Of a DNA stretch of 31,805 nucleotides, positions 17,104 through 26,111 are shown one piece after another. The position numbers and the translations under genes are program-made. The stretch spans positions 1-31,805 of the forward strand of contig JAFZRG010000100.1 of the NCBI GenBank assembly GCA_017619985.1, read 5' to 3'. The first letter of the stretch is position 1. Each line of letters starts with the position of its first letter. Under the pieces are notes generated by a model. That model had not been told where the DNA came from and made no database searches. It worked only from the letters and a program-made list of their open reading frames with translations. This DNA comes from Bacillota bacterium (GTDB taxonomy: Bacteria > Bacillota > Clostridia > Peptostreptococcales > Anaerovoracaceae).

Positions 17104-17606
17104 TATCCGAACAGCTCCGCAGCCTTCCTCGCGAACCTTTCTCCGTAGACCTCGAAATTATCCCTGAAGTCCTCCAGATATGCCTTTTCCTTGTTGTGGT
17201 TGACCCCCACAGGGCCCAGATGGATGCAGGGATCCCCGCAGGCGCCGCCGCCGGAATAGCACAGCATGCCGATGGTAATCAGGTTCGTCAGGAGGGACTG
17301 GATGACCAGGTCGCCGCCGCCGTGCGTGAACTGTACCGTGGCGAACGCGCCGCCCAGTTTGCCGCCGAACTCAAGCTTCGGAGCTTCTTCCAGCAGCCAG
17401 GTGCGCATCTCGGCCGTCATGAGCGCGTAATACGAAGGGCTTCCGAGAACGATGCCCTTGCTCGCCTTGACGAAATCAGCGTCCACGTCCTTCGTGGAGA
17501 ACGCTTTCGCCTCGATGCCTTCGATACGGTTCATGCCTTCGCAGATCCACTCCGCACACTGCTTCGTGTTGCCTGTTCTGGAATCATAGATCACGGAAAG
17601 TTTCAT
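17103..17606 (-). CDS. flavodoxin / WrbA-like flavoprotein
   Basis: IYDSRTGNT FMN phosphate-binding loop, LGSPSYY, GGAFAT. Stop overlaps the selA start (TAATG). Confidence 0.85.
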   Translation of the reverse strand: MKLSVIYDSRTGNTKQCAEWICEGMNRIEGIEAKAFSTKDVDADFVKASKGIVLGSPSYYALMTAEMRTWLLEEAPKLEFGGKLGGAFATVQFTHGGGDLVIQSLLTNLITIGMLCYSGGGACGDPCIHLGPVGVNHNKEKAYLEDFRDNFEVYGERFARKAAELFG

Positions 17607-17671
17607 GGGTATCTCCTTTCGGTATGAAACAGTTTCTGTACCTGTTTATTATATCATAGCCCCGGACATAG

Positions 17672-17698
17672 AAAAACTCCCGGCACGAAAGCCGGGAG
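17672..17698 (-). terminator. intrinsic terminator after the hypothetical gene
   Basis: CTCCCGGC-TTTCGT-GCCGGGAG followed by TTTTT. Confidence 0.85.
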
Positions 17699-17715
17699 CA
17701 TTCCGATCGCTGTGA

Positions 17716-18105
17716 TCATTCTGCCTTGTTCGCTTCTCTCTTCGCCTTGACCTGGTCGTTGACGTAGATCTCGATCCTTCTCTTGCGGATGGAAGCCTGT
17801 CTTTCCTTGAAGTACTGCTCCATCTCGTCCTGGATGTGGTTGCGGATCTCTTCGACGGTCGCGGCATCCTTGTCGCCGGCAGCCTGTTCGAAGGATTCCT
17901 TCAGGTACTCGTCTTCCATCTCGGTCTGATCCTTGATGAATTCGGAGATCTGGTCGCTGTTGAGACCTACTGCGGCGAAGAGGATATAATCGATCATTGC
18001 GGCCTTGATGTCAGGGTCCGCATTATCCGTCTGGTTCTGCTTTACGATCGTCGTCTGCAGAGCCATGTCGAACGCAGCCTGCAGAAGCTTTTCTTTTTCA
18101 GTCAT
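17716..18105 (-). CDS. hypothetical acidic alpha-helical protein (129 aa)
   Basis: ATG 18105 with RBS GGAGGT, candidate TATAAT at 18157-18162 and its own terminator. No recognised motif. Confidence 0.75.
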   Translation of the reverse strand: MTEKEKLLQAAFDMALQTTIVKQNQTDNADPDIKAAMIDYILFAAVGLNSDQISEFIKDQTEMEDEYLKESFEQAAGDKDAATVEEIRNHIQDEMEQYFKERQASIRKRRIEIYVNDQVKAKREANKAE

Positions 18106-18208
18106 TTTATAGTTACCTCCGTTAAGTTGAGCAGTGTTTTTATAACCTGCAAGAACATTATAACCCACCTGAAAAGAAAAAAACAAGAAAAGCGCAAAAT
18201 TATTGCAA

Positions 18209-18240
18209 AAAAGAGAAACTCCCGGCGATGAAGCCGGGAG
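18209..18240 (-). terminator. intrinsic terminator of rpsB-tsf
   Basis: CTCCCGGC-TTCATC-GCCGGGAG followed by TTTCTCTTTTTT. Confidence 0.85.
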
Positions 18241-18266
18241 TTCAGAGGTTCTATCCGTGTTACTGT

Positions 18267-19208
18267 TTAGCCCTGCATCTGCTTGGCTACTTCTTCCGCG
18301 AAGTTCTCGACTTTCTTTTCGATGCCTTCGCCTACTTCGTAGCGGACCATCTCGACGACCTGGATGTCCTTGCCCAGCGCCTTGGCGCAGGAAGCGATAT
18401 ATTCGCCTACGGACATGTTGGAATCTTTGACGAATGCCTGGTCAACGAGGCAGACTTCCTTCAGAGACTTCTTGACGCGGCCCGTGATCATCTTTTCGAT
18501 GATCGCCTGGGGCTTTCTCTTGTTTTCGGGCAGTTCGTTGTTCTCGTTCATGGCCTGAGCGAGGATAACTTCCTTCTCGTGAGCCAGATATTCGGGATCG
18601 ACGCTTGCCTCGTCCACATACAGAGGTCTCATGGATGCAGCCTGCATGGCAACGTCCTTGCCGCAAGTCGTAACTTCTTCGACGGATGCGTCGGTCTTCA
18701 GACCGATGATGACGCCGATGCGGCCGCCGCCGTGGGAATAGCCGACGTACTTGACGCCCGGCGTATTGCACTTGACGGCTCTGCGGAGGTTCATGTTCTC
18801 GCCGATCTTCGCGATCTTGGCGGTCAGGACCTCGGCGACGGTGCCTTCTTCACTGTAGGTCATTTCCTTCATGCACTCTGCGCAGACCTTGTCCGCGGCC
18901 AGAGCGATGTCGGCCAGCTTTTCGACGAATTCGATGAATTCTTCGTTCTTTGCGACGAAGTCGGTCTCGGAGTTGACTTCCACTGCGGAAGCGGCGGAAC
19001 CATCAGCGGCGAATGCCATTCTGACAAGCCCCTCGGATGCGATGCGGCTCGCCTTCTTCGCGGCCTTTGCGAGGCCGTTTTCTCTCAGATAGTCGACCGC
19101 TTTGTCCATGTCGCCGTCTGTGGCGACGAGGGCCTTCTTGCAATCCATCATGCCGGCGCCGGTGGCGTCGCGGAGTTCCTTAACGAGTGCTGCTGTAACT
19201 GCTGCCAT
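18267..19208 (-). CDS. tsf: elongation factor Ts
   Basis: VKELRDATGAGMMDCKKAL, EVNSETDFVA, RYEVGEGIEK. Confidence 0.98.
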   Translation of the reverse strand: MAAVTAALVKELRDATGAGMMDCKKALVATDGDMDKAVDYLRENGLAKAAKKASRIASEGLVRMAFAADGSAASAVEVNSETDFVAKNEEFIEFVEKLADIALAADKVCAECMKEMTYSEEGTVAEVLTAKIAKIGENMNLRRAVKCNTPGVKYVGYSHGGGRIGVIIGLKTDASVEEVTTCGKDVAMQAASMRPLYVDEASVDPEYLAHEKEVILAQAMNENNELPENKRKPQAIIEKMITGRVKKSLKEVCLVDQAFVKDSNMSVGEYIASCAKALGKDIQVVEMVRYEVGEGIEKKVENFAEEVAKQMQG

Positions 19209-19226
19209 TGTTTTCTTCTCCTTTGA

Positions 19227-20003
19227 CTACTCTTCGACTTTAGCTTCTTCTGCTGCTGCGGGGGTCTCTTCTGCAGGCGCTTCGACCGCTGCTTCTTCAG
19301 CGGGAGCTTCTGCGAAGGATTCGCCCTGCTTGCCTTCGATGACGGCTTCGGCCATCTTGCCGGCGATCAGCTTGACCGCTCTGATGGCGTCGTCATTGGC
19401 GGGGATGACGTAGTCCACGTCGTCCGGGTCGCAATTCGTGTCGCACATGCCGACGATGGGGATACCCAGGACTCTCGCTTCCTTGACGGCGATGCGTTCT
19501 TTCTTGGGGTCAACGACGAACATCGCACCGGGCATGCCGCGCATGTCCTTGATGCCGTTCAGATACTTCTCAAGTTTTTCCATTTCCTTTCTCAGGGTCT
19601 GGACTTCCTTCTTGGAGAGCAGATCGAACGTACCGTTGGATTCCATCTCCTTGATCTCGGCCAGTCTCTTGATTCTGGTGGAAATGGTCTTGTAGTTGGT
19701 GAGCATGCCGCCCAGCCATCTCTCGTTGACGTAGAACATGCCGCATCTCTCGGCTTCGTCCTTGATGGCGGCCTGCGCCTGCTTCTTCGTACCGACGAAG
19801 AGAACGGGCTTGCCTTCAGCCGCAACGCTCTTCACGAAATCGTAAGCGTCATCCACCTTGTGGACCGTCTTGGACAGGTCGATGATGTAGATGCCGTTTC
19901 TTTCGGTGAAGATGTACGGAGCCATCTTGGGGTTCCATCTTCTGGTCTGGTGACCGAAGTGAACGCCGGCCTCCAGTAACTGCTTCATAGAAACAACTGA
20001 CAT
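19227..20003 (-). CDS. rpsB: 30S ribosomal protein S2
   Basis: [44 protein letters not shown]. Confidence 0.98.
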   Translation of the reverse strand: MSVVSMKQLLEAGVHFGHQTRRWNPKMAPYIFTERNGIYIIDLSKTVHKVDDAYDFVKSVAAEGKPVLFVGTKKQAQAAIKDEAERCGMFYVNERWLGGMLTNYKTISTRIKRLAEIKEMESNGTFDLLSKKEVQTLRKEMEKLEKYLNGIKDMRGMPGAMFVVDPKKERIAVKEARVLGIPIVGMCDTNCDPDDVDYVIPANDDAIRAVKLIAGKMAEAVIEGKQGESFAEAPAEEAAVEAPAEETPAAAEEAKVEE

Positions 20004-20024
20004 AGATATACCTCCCGGTTAAAA

Positions 20025-20089
20025 CCTCCACCTGTTCGATCCTGCAGAAAACCCTTGCGGGCACCGAAATGCAGGCCATCAGGTGTGCG
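20025..20089 (-). ncRNA. rpsB 5' leader (t44-like S2 autoregulatory element)
   Basis: CACCTG/CAGGTG outer stem, CCTGCA/TGCAGG inner stem, GGTGCCC-GCAA-GGG apical GNRA hairpin, ending GTGGAGG. Confidence 0.75.
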
Positions 20090-20129
20090 AAATAAAATAC
20101 TGTCACGCAAAAAGGAGCGCAACATAAGC

Positions 20130-20158
20130 ATTATACATATGGTGTACGCCCCTTGCAA
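20130..20158 (-). promoter_or_regulatory. rpsB-tsf promoter
   Basis: TTGCAA (20153-20158), 17 nt spacer, TATAAT (20130-20135). Confidence 0.8.
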
Positions 20159-20161
20159 GCA

Positions 20162-20851
20162 TTATTTTATGAGATCCTGAATTATTTCTCCGGCCATCCG
20201 CAGACCGGCCGTCGCAGGCATGTAGGAGATGCTGGGGATGACCCCGTTTACGATGTCCGTGACGGGCGGTTCGGGGGAATACACGACGGTGACCCCTTCA
20301 ACGATACCCTCTTCCTTCAGCCTTTTGCGCATGACTTTCGCGAGTCTGTCCTGCTCGGTTTTTTGAATATTGCAGACCTTAAATGCAGAGGCGTCGAGCT
20401 TGTTGCCGGTGCCCATGGCGCACAGGATGGGCACGCCTGCCCCGCGCGCCGCCATGATCAGCAGCACCTTCGCGGCCACGTCGTCGATGCAGTCGGCGAT
20501 ATAGTCCCAGGAAGCGACGTCCAGATCCGCAAGCGTATCCGCGCCGATGCGGAACGCGAACTTGCGGATGTGCGCAGCCGGATCGATATCCCTGACCCGA
20601 TCTTCCGCGACATCCGCCTTCAGGCGGCCGATCGTGGACTGCAGCGCCAGGATCTGGCGGTTGCAGTTCGTCGGGTCGACGCGGTCCATGTCGCACAGGC
20701 CAAGCGTGCCGATCCCGGCTCTCGCCAGCGCTTCCAGGCAGTACCCGCCCACGCCGCCGAGGCCGCATACCAGGACTTTCGCGTTCTTCAGTTTTTCTAC
20801 GGCTTCTTCGCCGACGAGCGCCTGCGTACGCTGATAGAGTTCCTCGCTCAT
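20162..20851 (-). CDS. tcdA: ThiF-family protein, likely tRNA threonylcarbamoyladenosine dehydratase
   Basis: VLVCGLGGVGGY, DMDRVDPTNCNRQ, DCIDDV, AMGTGNK, SISYMPATAG. Confidence 0.8.
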   Translation of the reverse strand: MSEELYQRTQALVGEEAVEKLKNAKVLVCGLGGVGGYCLEALARAGIGTLGLCDMDRVDPTNCNRQILALQSTIGRLKADVAEDRVRDIDPAAHIRKFAFRIGADTLADLDVASWDYIADCIDDVAAKVLLIMAARGAGVPILCAMGTGNKLDASAFKVCNIQKTEQDRLAKVMRKRLKEEGIVEGVTVVYSPEPPVTDIVNGVIPSISYMPATAGLRMAGEIIQDLIK

Positions 20852-20861
20852 GAAAACCTCT

Positions 20862-22562
20862 CTACGGAAGCAGGTTGCACATCGTGGTGAGCGCCTGCTC
20901 CTGCGTGTAGTAGCCGAGCGGCGAGAAGGTGTTCTTTGCCGTGGACGTGGAGCCCATGATGCCTGCGCGGGTCACGTAATCCACGAAATCAGCAGCCCAC
21001 GCGATATCCTTCGCGTCTTCGTAATCCAGAGGATCCCCGTCCGCGGTCCGTCCGACGATCTTCGCCGTATTCGTCAGCATGACGGCGGCTTCGCGCCTCG
21101 TGATGGAACCGTTGGGATCGAACGTCTTTTCTCCCTTGCCTGCCACGATGCCCATCTGATAGGCCTGCATGACGTCGAGCAGATACGTGTCGTTGAAGGC
21201 TTCCCGGGCGGTATTGTAATCGATGCCGTTGCGGTTCAGCAGCGCGTTGTATTCGCTGCCGGTGTAGTACTGCTTGATCAGCGAGACCGCAAGGCTCGCG
21301 AATTCCGCGCGGGTGATGTTCGCTTTCGGGATCAGATCGAACCCGTCGGGGATGAGCCCCACATCCTGCGCCTTCTCCACGTAGCCTTTTGCCCACGCGG
21401 AGGGCTCGCCCGCCATGACGGGCTTCCCTTTTTTGGGGATCGCAGCCGTGCTGCCGTAGTCGACGAAGTGCAGCATGCTGGCCAGTTTTCTTCCCGCCGG
21501 CTGCACGTAGCCTGCCTGCGGCGTGTACAGTGTGGAGGACGCGCCTCCGTCCAGCGCCATGGCATCCACGGCGCCGATGCTCTTCAGATAGTCGATGATC
21601 TGTCCGAACGTAGCGGTGCACTCGCCGATCATCAGGCTGCCGTCGCCCATGACCGCCGCGAACGTGCGCTGCGCCTTGTAATCCCTGCCCATCTTAGGAT
21701 CGGAATTCGTATTCTCGGAGAACTTGTCGACGCCGCCTTCGAGCAGCCACGGGCTGCAGCCGACCGCGGTCACGACTTTGTCCCAGTCGGCCTGCGTGCC
21801 GGCTTTCTCCGGGGTCAGTACGGTCTCGATCTCCGCCAGATTGCCCACGTGCGGATCCGTGCTCCAGCTGCAGGAATTCGCCCAGGCGTTGGTGTTGAAC
21901 ACGACGACCTTCTCCCCTGCCGCCGGCACTTCGAGACGGGTCAGGCCTTTCTGGATGTCCGTCACCATTCCGCCCTGGATGCGCACGACGACCGCGCCGC
22001 TCTGCAGAGCGAAGCCATAACCCATCTCGGACGTGAACATGTCGATGGCGGAAGCGTCGGTGTGATAGACGTTGACGCCCCAGAATACGAATTTATCCTT
22101 GCCCCGGAACTTAGCCGAAACGGAGACGCTCACGCGGTCGATCAGATACTTTCCGTCCTCCGTGACCCCGAGCAGCACGTTCTTGCCGGAGCCTCTGCAG
22201 ATGACTTCGCCGCCGCTCATCAGCATGCCCATGATCTGCGCGCAGTTGTCCGGATAGGAAAGCGCTTTGCTGCCGCTGTAGTACGCGTTGAACAGCGCGC
22301 CGTTGACGGAAGCGGTCAGCGTGCCGGGCATGGCGTTCGCCTTCGAAACGTGGTCGGCGGCCGGCATATCCTTGTTGATGCTGTTCTGGCCGATCGTGAT
22401 CACGGCTCCGATCGTTCCGTTCGACGGGATCGTCACAGCGTTGCCGGTGTTTCCGCCGATGGAGATCGGGTAGGGATCCGCCGCATATGCGGGCTGTGCG
22501 CACAGCGGAAGCATCAGCACCGCGCACAGCAGAACGGCAAACAGTCTTCGTTTCGTGTTCAT
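20862..22562 (-). CDS. secreted SLH-domain protein with a phosphodiester glycosidase (NAGPA/DUF2233-like) domain
   Basis: Signal peptide MNTKRRLFAVLLCAVLMLPLCAQPAYA; VNGALF, GCSPWLL, QRTF and LDGGASST motifs; C-terminal SLH repeats (ITRAEFA, FDPNGSITRREAA). Confidence 0.78.
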   Translation of the reverse strand: MNTKRRLFAVLLCAVLMLPLCAQPAYAADPYPISIGGNTGNAVTIPSNGTIGAVITIGQNSINKDMPAADHVSKANAMPGTLTASVNGALFNAYYSGSKALSYPDNCAQIMGMLMSGGEVICRGSGKNVLLGVTEDGKYLIDRVSVSVSAKFRGKDKFVFWGVNVYHTDASAIDMFTSEMGYGFALQSGAVVVRIQGGMVTDIQKGLTRLEVPAAGEKVVVFNTNAWANSCSWSTDPHVGNLAEIETVLTPEKAGTQADWDKVVTAVGCSPWLLEGGVDKFSENTNSDPKMGRDYKAQRTFAAVMGDGSLMIGECTATFGQIIDYLKSIGAVDAMALDGGASSTLYTPQAGYVQPAGRKLASMLHFVDYGSTAAIPKKGKPVMAGEPSAWAKGYVEKAQDVGLIPDGFDLIPKANITRAEFASLAVSLIKQYYTGSEYNALLNRNGIDYNTAREAFNDTYLLDVMQAYQMGIVAGKGEKTFDPNGSITRREAAVMLTNTAKIVGRTADGDPLDYEDAKDIAWAADFVDYVTRAGIMGSTSTAKNTFSPLGYYTQEQALTTMCNLLP

Positions 22563-22573
22563 AACAGTTCTCC

Positions 22574-25231
22574 TCATTCGATGATAGCGTATTTGACTTT
22601 GATGCGGTCCAGCTTCTCCAGCATGGGCTCGGCGCCGAACCAAAGGAAGATCCAGGTCGCCGCCGCGTGGACGCAGTCTACCGGAAAACCCGTCAAATAA
22701 TAGGTGAGCAGGATCTTCTTATCGAGCGTATGGACCCACATCAGCGCCGCCGCGGGGTTCATGATGCCGCCGTAGATGATGATCGCGCACAGCGCGCCGA
22801 AGATGCACAGAGACAACCTCGTGCGCCGCAGCACGCCTTTGCGGTACAGCACCCCCGCGAGGAATCCGATGATGCCCATCGCGAACATCTGCCACGGGGT
22901 CCACGGGCCCTGCGAGAACATGACGTTCGATGCGAGCATCGTGACCGCCCCCACGAGGAAGCCGGTCTCGCCGCCGAACGCGACGCCCGCGATGATCGTG
23001 ACCGCCATGACGGGCTTGAAGCTCGGCAGCATGAAAAAGACCATCCTGCCTGCGACGCCGATGGCGCACAGGGTCGCGATGATCACGAGTTCCCTGGCCT
23101 GGGGCTTTCTGCCCTCGAAGATCAGGAAGAACGGCAGCATGCACTCCAGCAGCACCAGAAGCGCGATGAAATAATACTTGCGGCCGCCCAGCCAGGTCTC
23201 CCCGGCGAACAGCGTGAGCGGGATCAGCAGCAGGATGAGCGCGGAAGCGACGACCGTCCGCTTCGACAGTTTGCGCTTGTCAAGCGGCGTCTGCAGCGCC
23301 GTGTCCTTTCTCGTGCTGCGTCCGCTGATGCTCAGGGCGAAGACGACCAGGAGCGCGATGAAGATGCCGTACTGCAGCATCTGGTCCGAAGCCATGGCCG
23401 CGACGCCTTTTTCGTTCAGCAGCGAACTGAGGTCCTGCCCCTTCATGAAGCGCAGGAACATCACGAAAGCGGACACGCCCGAAACGAGCGCGACGATCTT
23501 GCAGACCGGGCTGAGCTTCGCGCTGTCCATTGCGGAACTTTCCGCTTTCGGCAGCGGCATGCGGTAGTACCCTGCCGGCATCTCCTTCTCAGAAGGCACG
23601 TCCGCGCCGAGCGATCCCATGACGTCTTCCGCCGTGACCGCGCCGGGCATCACGTCCCTCGCCATGCGGCTCGCGGCCGTCGTATAGAACGTGTTGCCGG
23701 GGAAGAATGCCGAAGGGTCGTCTTCCGAGACGACCGCGCCGTCGAAGAACATGGCGCAGCGGTCCGCGTATTTCGCGCAGAATTCCACGTCGTGGCTGAC
23801 CATGACGATGGTGACGCCCTTCGTCTGCAGCGCTTTCAGGATCGCCGCGAAGACCTGTTTGAACTCTGCGTCCAGGCCCTTGGTCGGTTCGTCGAGCAGC
23901 AGGATGTCCGGTTCGAGCAGCAGCACCTTCGCCAGCGCCGCTCTCTGCTGTTCCCCGCCGGACAGATCGTACGGATGACGGTCGAGCAGGTCCTGCAGGC
24001 CGCACAGGTGCACGACGCGGGCCGTCTTCTCTTCCCGGTCCGAATCCTCTTTGGGCAGCATCTCGAGAAGGTCTTCGCGCACCGTTTTCTTCACGAACAG
24101 CGTCTGCGGATTCTGCGGCAGCATGCGCACCGCACCTTCCGCATGCACCTCGCCGCGGTACGGTTTCGCGAGGCCGCAGAGAAGTTTCAGCGAAGTCGTC
24201 TTGCCGCTGCCGTTGCCGCCCAGCATCGCGTAGAACTCGCCCTTCCGCACTTCCAGAGAAAGCCCTTTCACCACGTCGGGAAGATCCTTTTCATAGCGGT
24301 AATACAGTTCCTCCGCACGAAGCACGACAGGAGCTTCTCCGGATGCTGCCGGGCTTTCCTCTTCCGCCTTTTCCGCAGCTTTCAGAGGATGATCCTCCGC
24401 GTACGCTTTCAGCCAGTCCTTGCCTTCGCGCACTGTGAGCGGCACGTCCGCGTACTTCTCTCCGTCCGGCGCCGCAGCCCAGATGCGCATGGCAGCGGGC
24501 ATGGCCAGGAACATCGCGCTGCCCTTGTCCCGCAGCGCAAGCCCCGCATCCCGCGGTGACCCGCAGAACACCACTTCACCTTTGTCCATGACGATCGCCC
24601 GGTCCGCCAGGGTGAACGCTTCTTCGAGCCTGTGCTCGGTCAGGAGCACCGTCGTACCGAGTTCTCGGTTGATCTTGCCCAGGGTCGCCAGGAAATCCGA
24701 CGCCGCAATGGGGTCGAGCTGGCTCGTAGGTTCGTCCAGGATCAACACCGTGGGGCGCATCACCATGATAGATGCAAGATTCAGCAACTGCTTCTGACCG
24801 CCGGACAGTTCGGAAACGTTCTTATAGAACCAGTTCTGGATGCCGAAGAACGAGGCCATCTCGGCCACCCTTCTTCGGATCTCGGGCGTCTCGACGCCAA
24901 GACTCTCCAGCCCGAAAGCCAATTCGTGCCAGACCTTGTCCGTCACCACCTGGTTGTCCGGGTTCTGCTGCACGAAGCCGATGCGTTCGCTCTGCGTGCG
25001 AAGATCCATGTCCGCCAGGGATATGCCGTCGATCAGGATCTCTCCCGTCAGGATGCCCTTCGGCGCCATAACGCTCTTCAGCTGCCGCAGCATCGTCGTC
25101 TTGCCGCAGCCGGACGGTCCGCAGAGCACGGCAAAATCGCCCTGCTGCACCGTAAAGCTCGCGTGCTTTACGGCAGGGACATCTTCCTGCGGATACGTAA
25201 ACGTCAGATCCCGGACGACAAGCGCTTCCAT
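22574..25231 (-). CDS. ECF transporter fusion: two ABC ATPase domains plus C-terminal CbrT-like S component
   Basis: GPSGCGKTT/LSGGQ/LILDE/TEH and GGNGSGKTT/LSGGE/LLLDE/VSH; about two extra TM segments; then a multi-TM S component with FKPV and QGPWTPWQM. Confidence 0.88.
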   Translation of the reverse strand: MEALVVRDLTFTYPQEDVPAVKHASFTVQQGDFAVLCGPSGCGKTTMLRQLKSVMAPKGILTGEILIDGISLADMDLRTQSERIGFVQQNPDNQVVTDKVWHELAFGLESLGVETPEIRRRVAEMASFFGIQNWFYKNVSELSGGQKQLLNLASIMVMRPTVLILDEPTSQLDPIAASDFLATLGKINRELGTTVLLTEHRLEEAFTLADRAIVMDKGEVVFCGSPRDAGLALRDKGSAMFLAMPAAMRIWAAAPDGEKYADVPLTVREGKDWLKAYAEDHPLKAAEKAEEESPAASGEAPVVLRAEELYYRYEKDLPDVVKGLSLEVRKGEFYAMLGGNGSGKTTSLKLLCGLAKPYRGEVHAEGAVRMLPQNPQTLFVKKTVREDLLEMLPKEDSDREEKTARVVHLCGLQDLLDRHPYDLSGGEQQRAALAKVLLLEPDILLLDEPTKGLDAEFKQVFAAILKALQTKGVTIVMVSHDVEFCAKYADRCAMFFDGAVVSEDDPSAFFPGNTFYTTAASRMARDVMPGAVTAEDVMGSLGADVPSEKEMPAGYYRMPLPKAESSAMDSAKLSPVCKIVALVSGVSAFVMFLRFMKGQDLSSLLNEKGVAAMASDQMLQYGIFIALLVVFALSISGRSTRKDTALQTPLDKRKLSKRTVVASALILLLIPLTLFAGETWLGGRKYYFIALLVLLECMLPFFLIFEGRKPQARELVIIATLCAIGVAGRMVFFMLPSFKPVMAVTIIAGVAFGGETGFLVGAVTMLASNVMFSQGPWTPWQMFAMGIIGFLAGVLYRKGVLRRTRLSLCIFGALCAIIIYGGIMNPAAALMWVHTLDKKILLTYYLTGFPVDCVHAAATWIFLWFGAEPMLEKLDRIKVKYAIIE

Positions 25232-26097
25232 ACACGGTCCTCTCTGAGGTCAAGAAATACGGGGGTAAAGCAAAGGGCGAAGTAAACGGCCTGGAACGCG
25301 AAAGGCAGCAGGCCCCACGCGCCTTTCACGGTCGGATAATACCGCCAGGCGAACGCGCCGGCCGCCCAGCCGCCTGTCAGGAACAGGCCGCAGAAGACCA
25401 GCCACAGCATCGCCAGTCTGTCGCGGCTGTCGAAACGGTAGATCGAGAACGCAGTGCGTCCGGGCTGCCCATAGCCGCGGCAGCGCATGGAATCCGCCGT
25501 TTCGATGCCGTTTTCCAGCGCCCAGGTGATCATGATGGACAGGATCGTGACCGCCTTCTTCAGCCTCTGCAGCACACTGCCTTCCGACACGTCCCGCCCG
25601 AGGCTCGCCTGGGCTTCGCGCACCGTGTCCAGCTGCGCCTTGAAGCGCGGCACGAAGCGCAAAGTCATAGATAGAACGAGCGAAAGCGCCGGGATGACGC
25701 GCCCGAACAGATACACGAATTTGTCTGAGGTCATCACCGCGGTGTAGCACGAGAACCAGCTGATGACCGCCGCGATCATCAGCGCCGCCGCGATGCCGTA
25801 ATAGATGCTCTCCGCGGTCAGCGGATTGCCAGTCGGCAGATAACCCAGGATCGTCGCTCCTTCGTGGTTGAACACCGGGTTGACCACCGCAGCGAGCAAC
25901 ATCATGGGCAGCAGAAAACAGAGGGAAAAGCGCGCGCCTTTCCGCCCGTTCAGATACACGTTATAGGCGATAGCGGCCGACAGAGTGATAGCCAGAGACA
26001 CCGGGTGCATCCAGCACATCGTCAGCACCATCACCAGCCCGAAATACAGAAAATTCACGGCCGGATGATAAGAAGAAAACGTATCGCGGTCCTTCAA
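25204..26097 (-). CDS. ecfT: ECF transmembrane component T
   Basis: HPAVNFLYF, LRFVP and ADSMRCRGY (coupling-helix Arg motifs). TTG start at 26097 with RBS AAGAAAGG. Confidence 0.88.
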   Translation of the reverse strand: MKDRDTFSSYHPAVNFLYFGLVMVLTMCWMHPVSLAITLSAAIAYNVYLNGRKGARFSLCFLLPMMLLAAVVNPVFNHEGATILGYLPTGNPLTAESIYYGIAAALMIAAVISWFSCYTAVMTSDKFVYLFGRVIPALSLVLSMTLRFVPRFKAQLDTVREAQASLGRDVSEGSVLQRLKKAVTILSIMITWALENGIETADSMRCRGYGQPGRTAFSIYRFDSRDRLAMLWLVFCGLFLTGGWAAGAFAWRYYPTVKGAWGLLPFAFQAVYFALCFTPVFLDLREDRVWKRLSSGI

Positions 26098-26111
26098 ATC
26101 TTTTGCCTTTC

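Noticed and set aside
18203-19226. Plus-strand ORFs opposite tsf and rpsB
   Set aside because: Antisense to highly conserved translation genes, with no independent support.
4318-25206. Other TGA stops as further selenocysteine codons (LytTR 4318, hypothetical 17716, ECF fusion 22574, ecfT 25204)
   Set aside because: Each falls at a natural C-terminus, overlapping or close to the next gene's start or a terminator, with no redox motif or conserved continuation.
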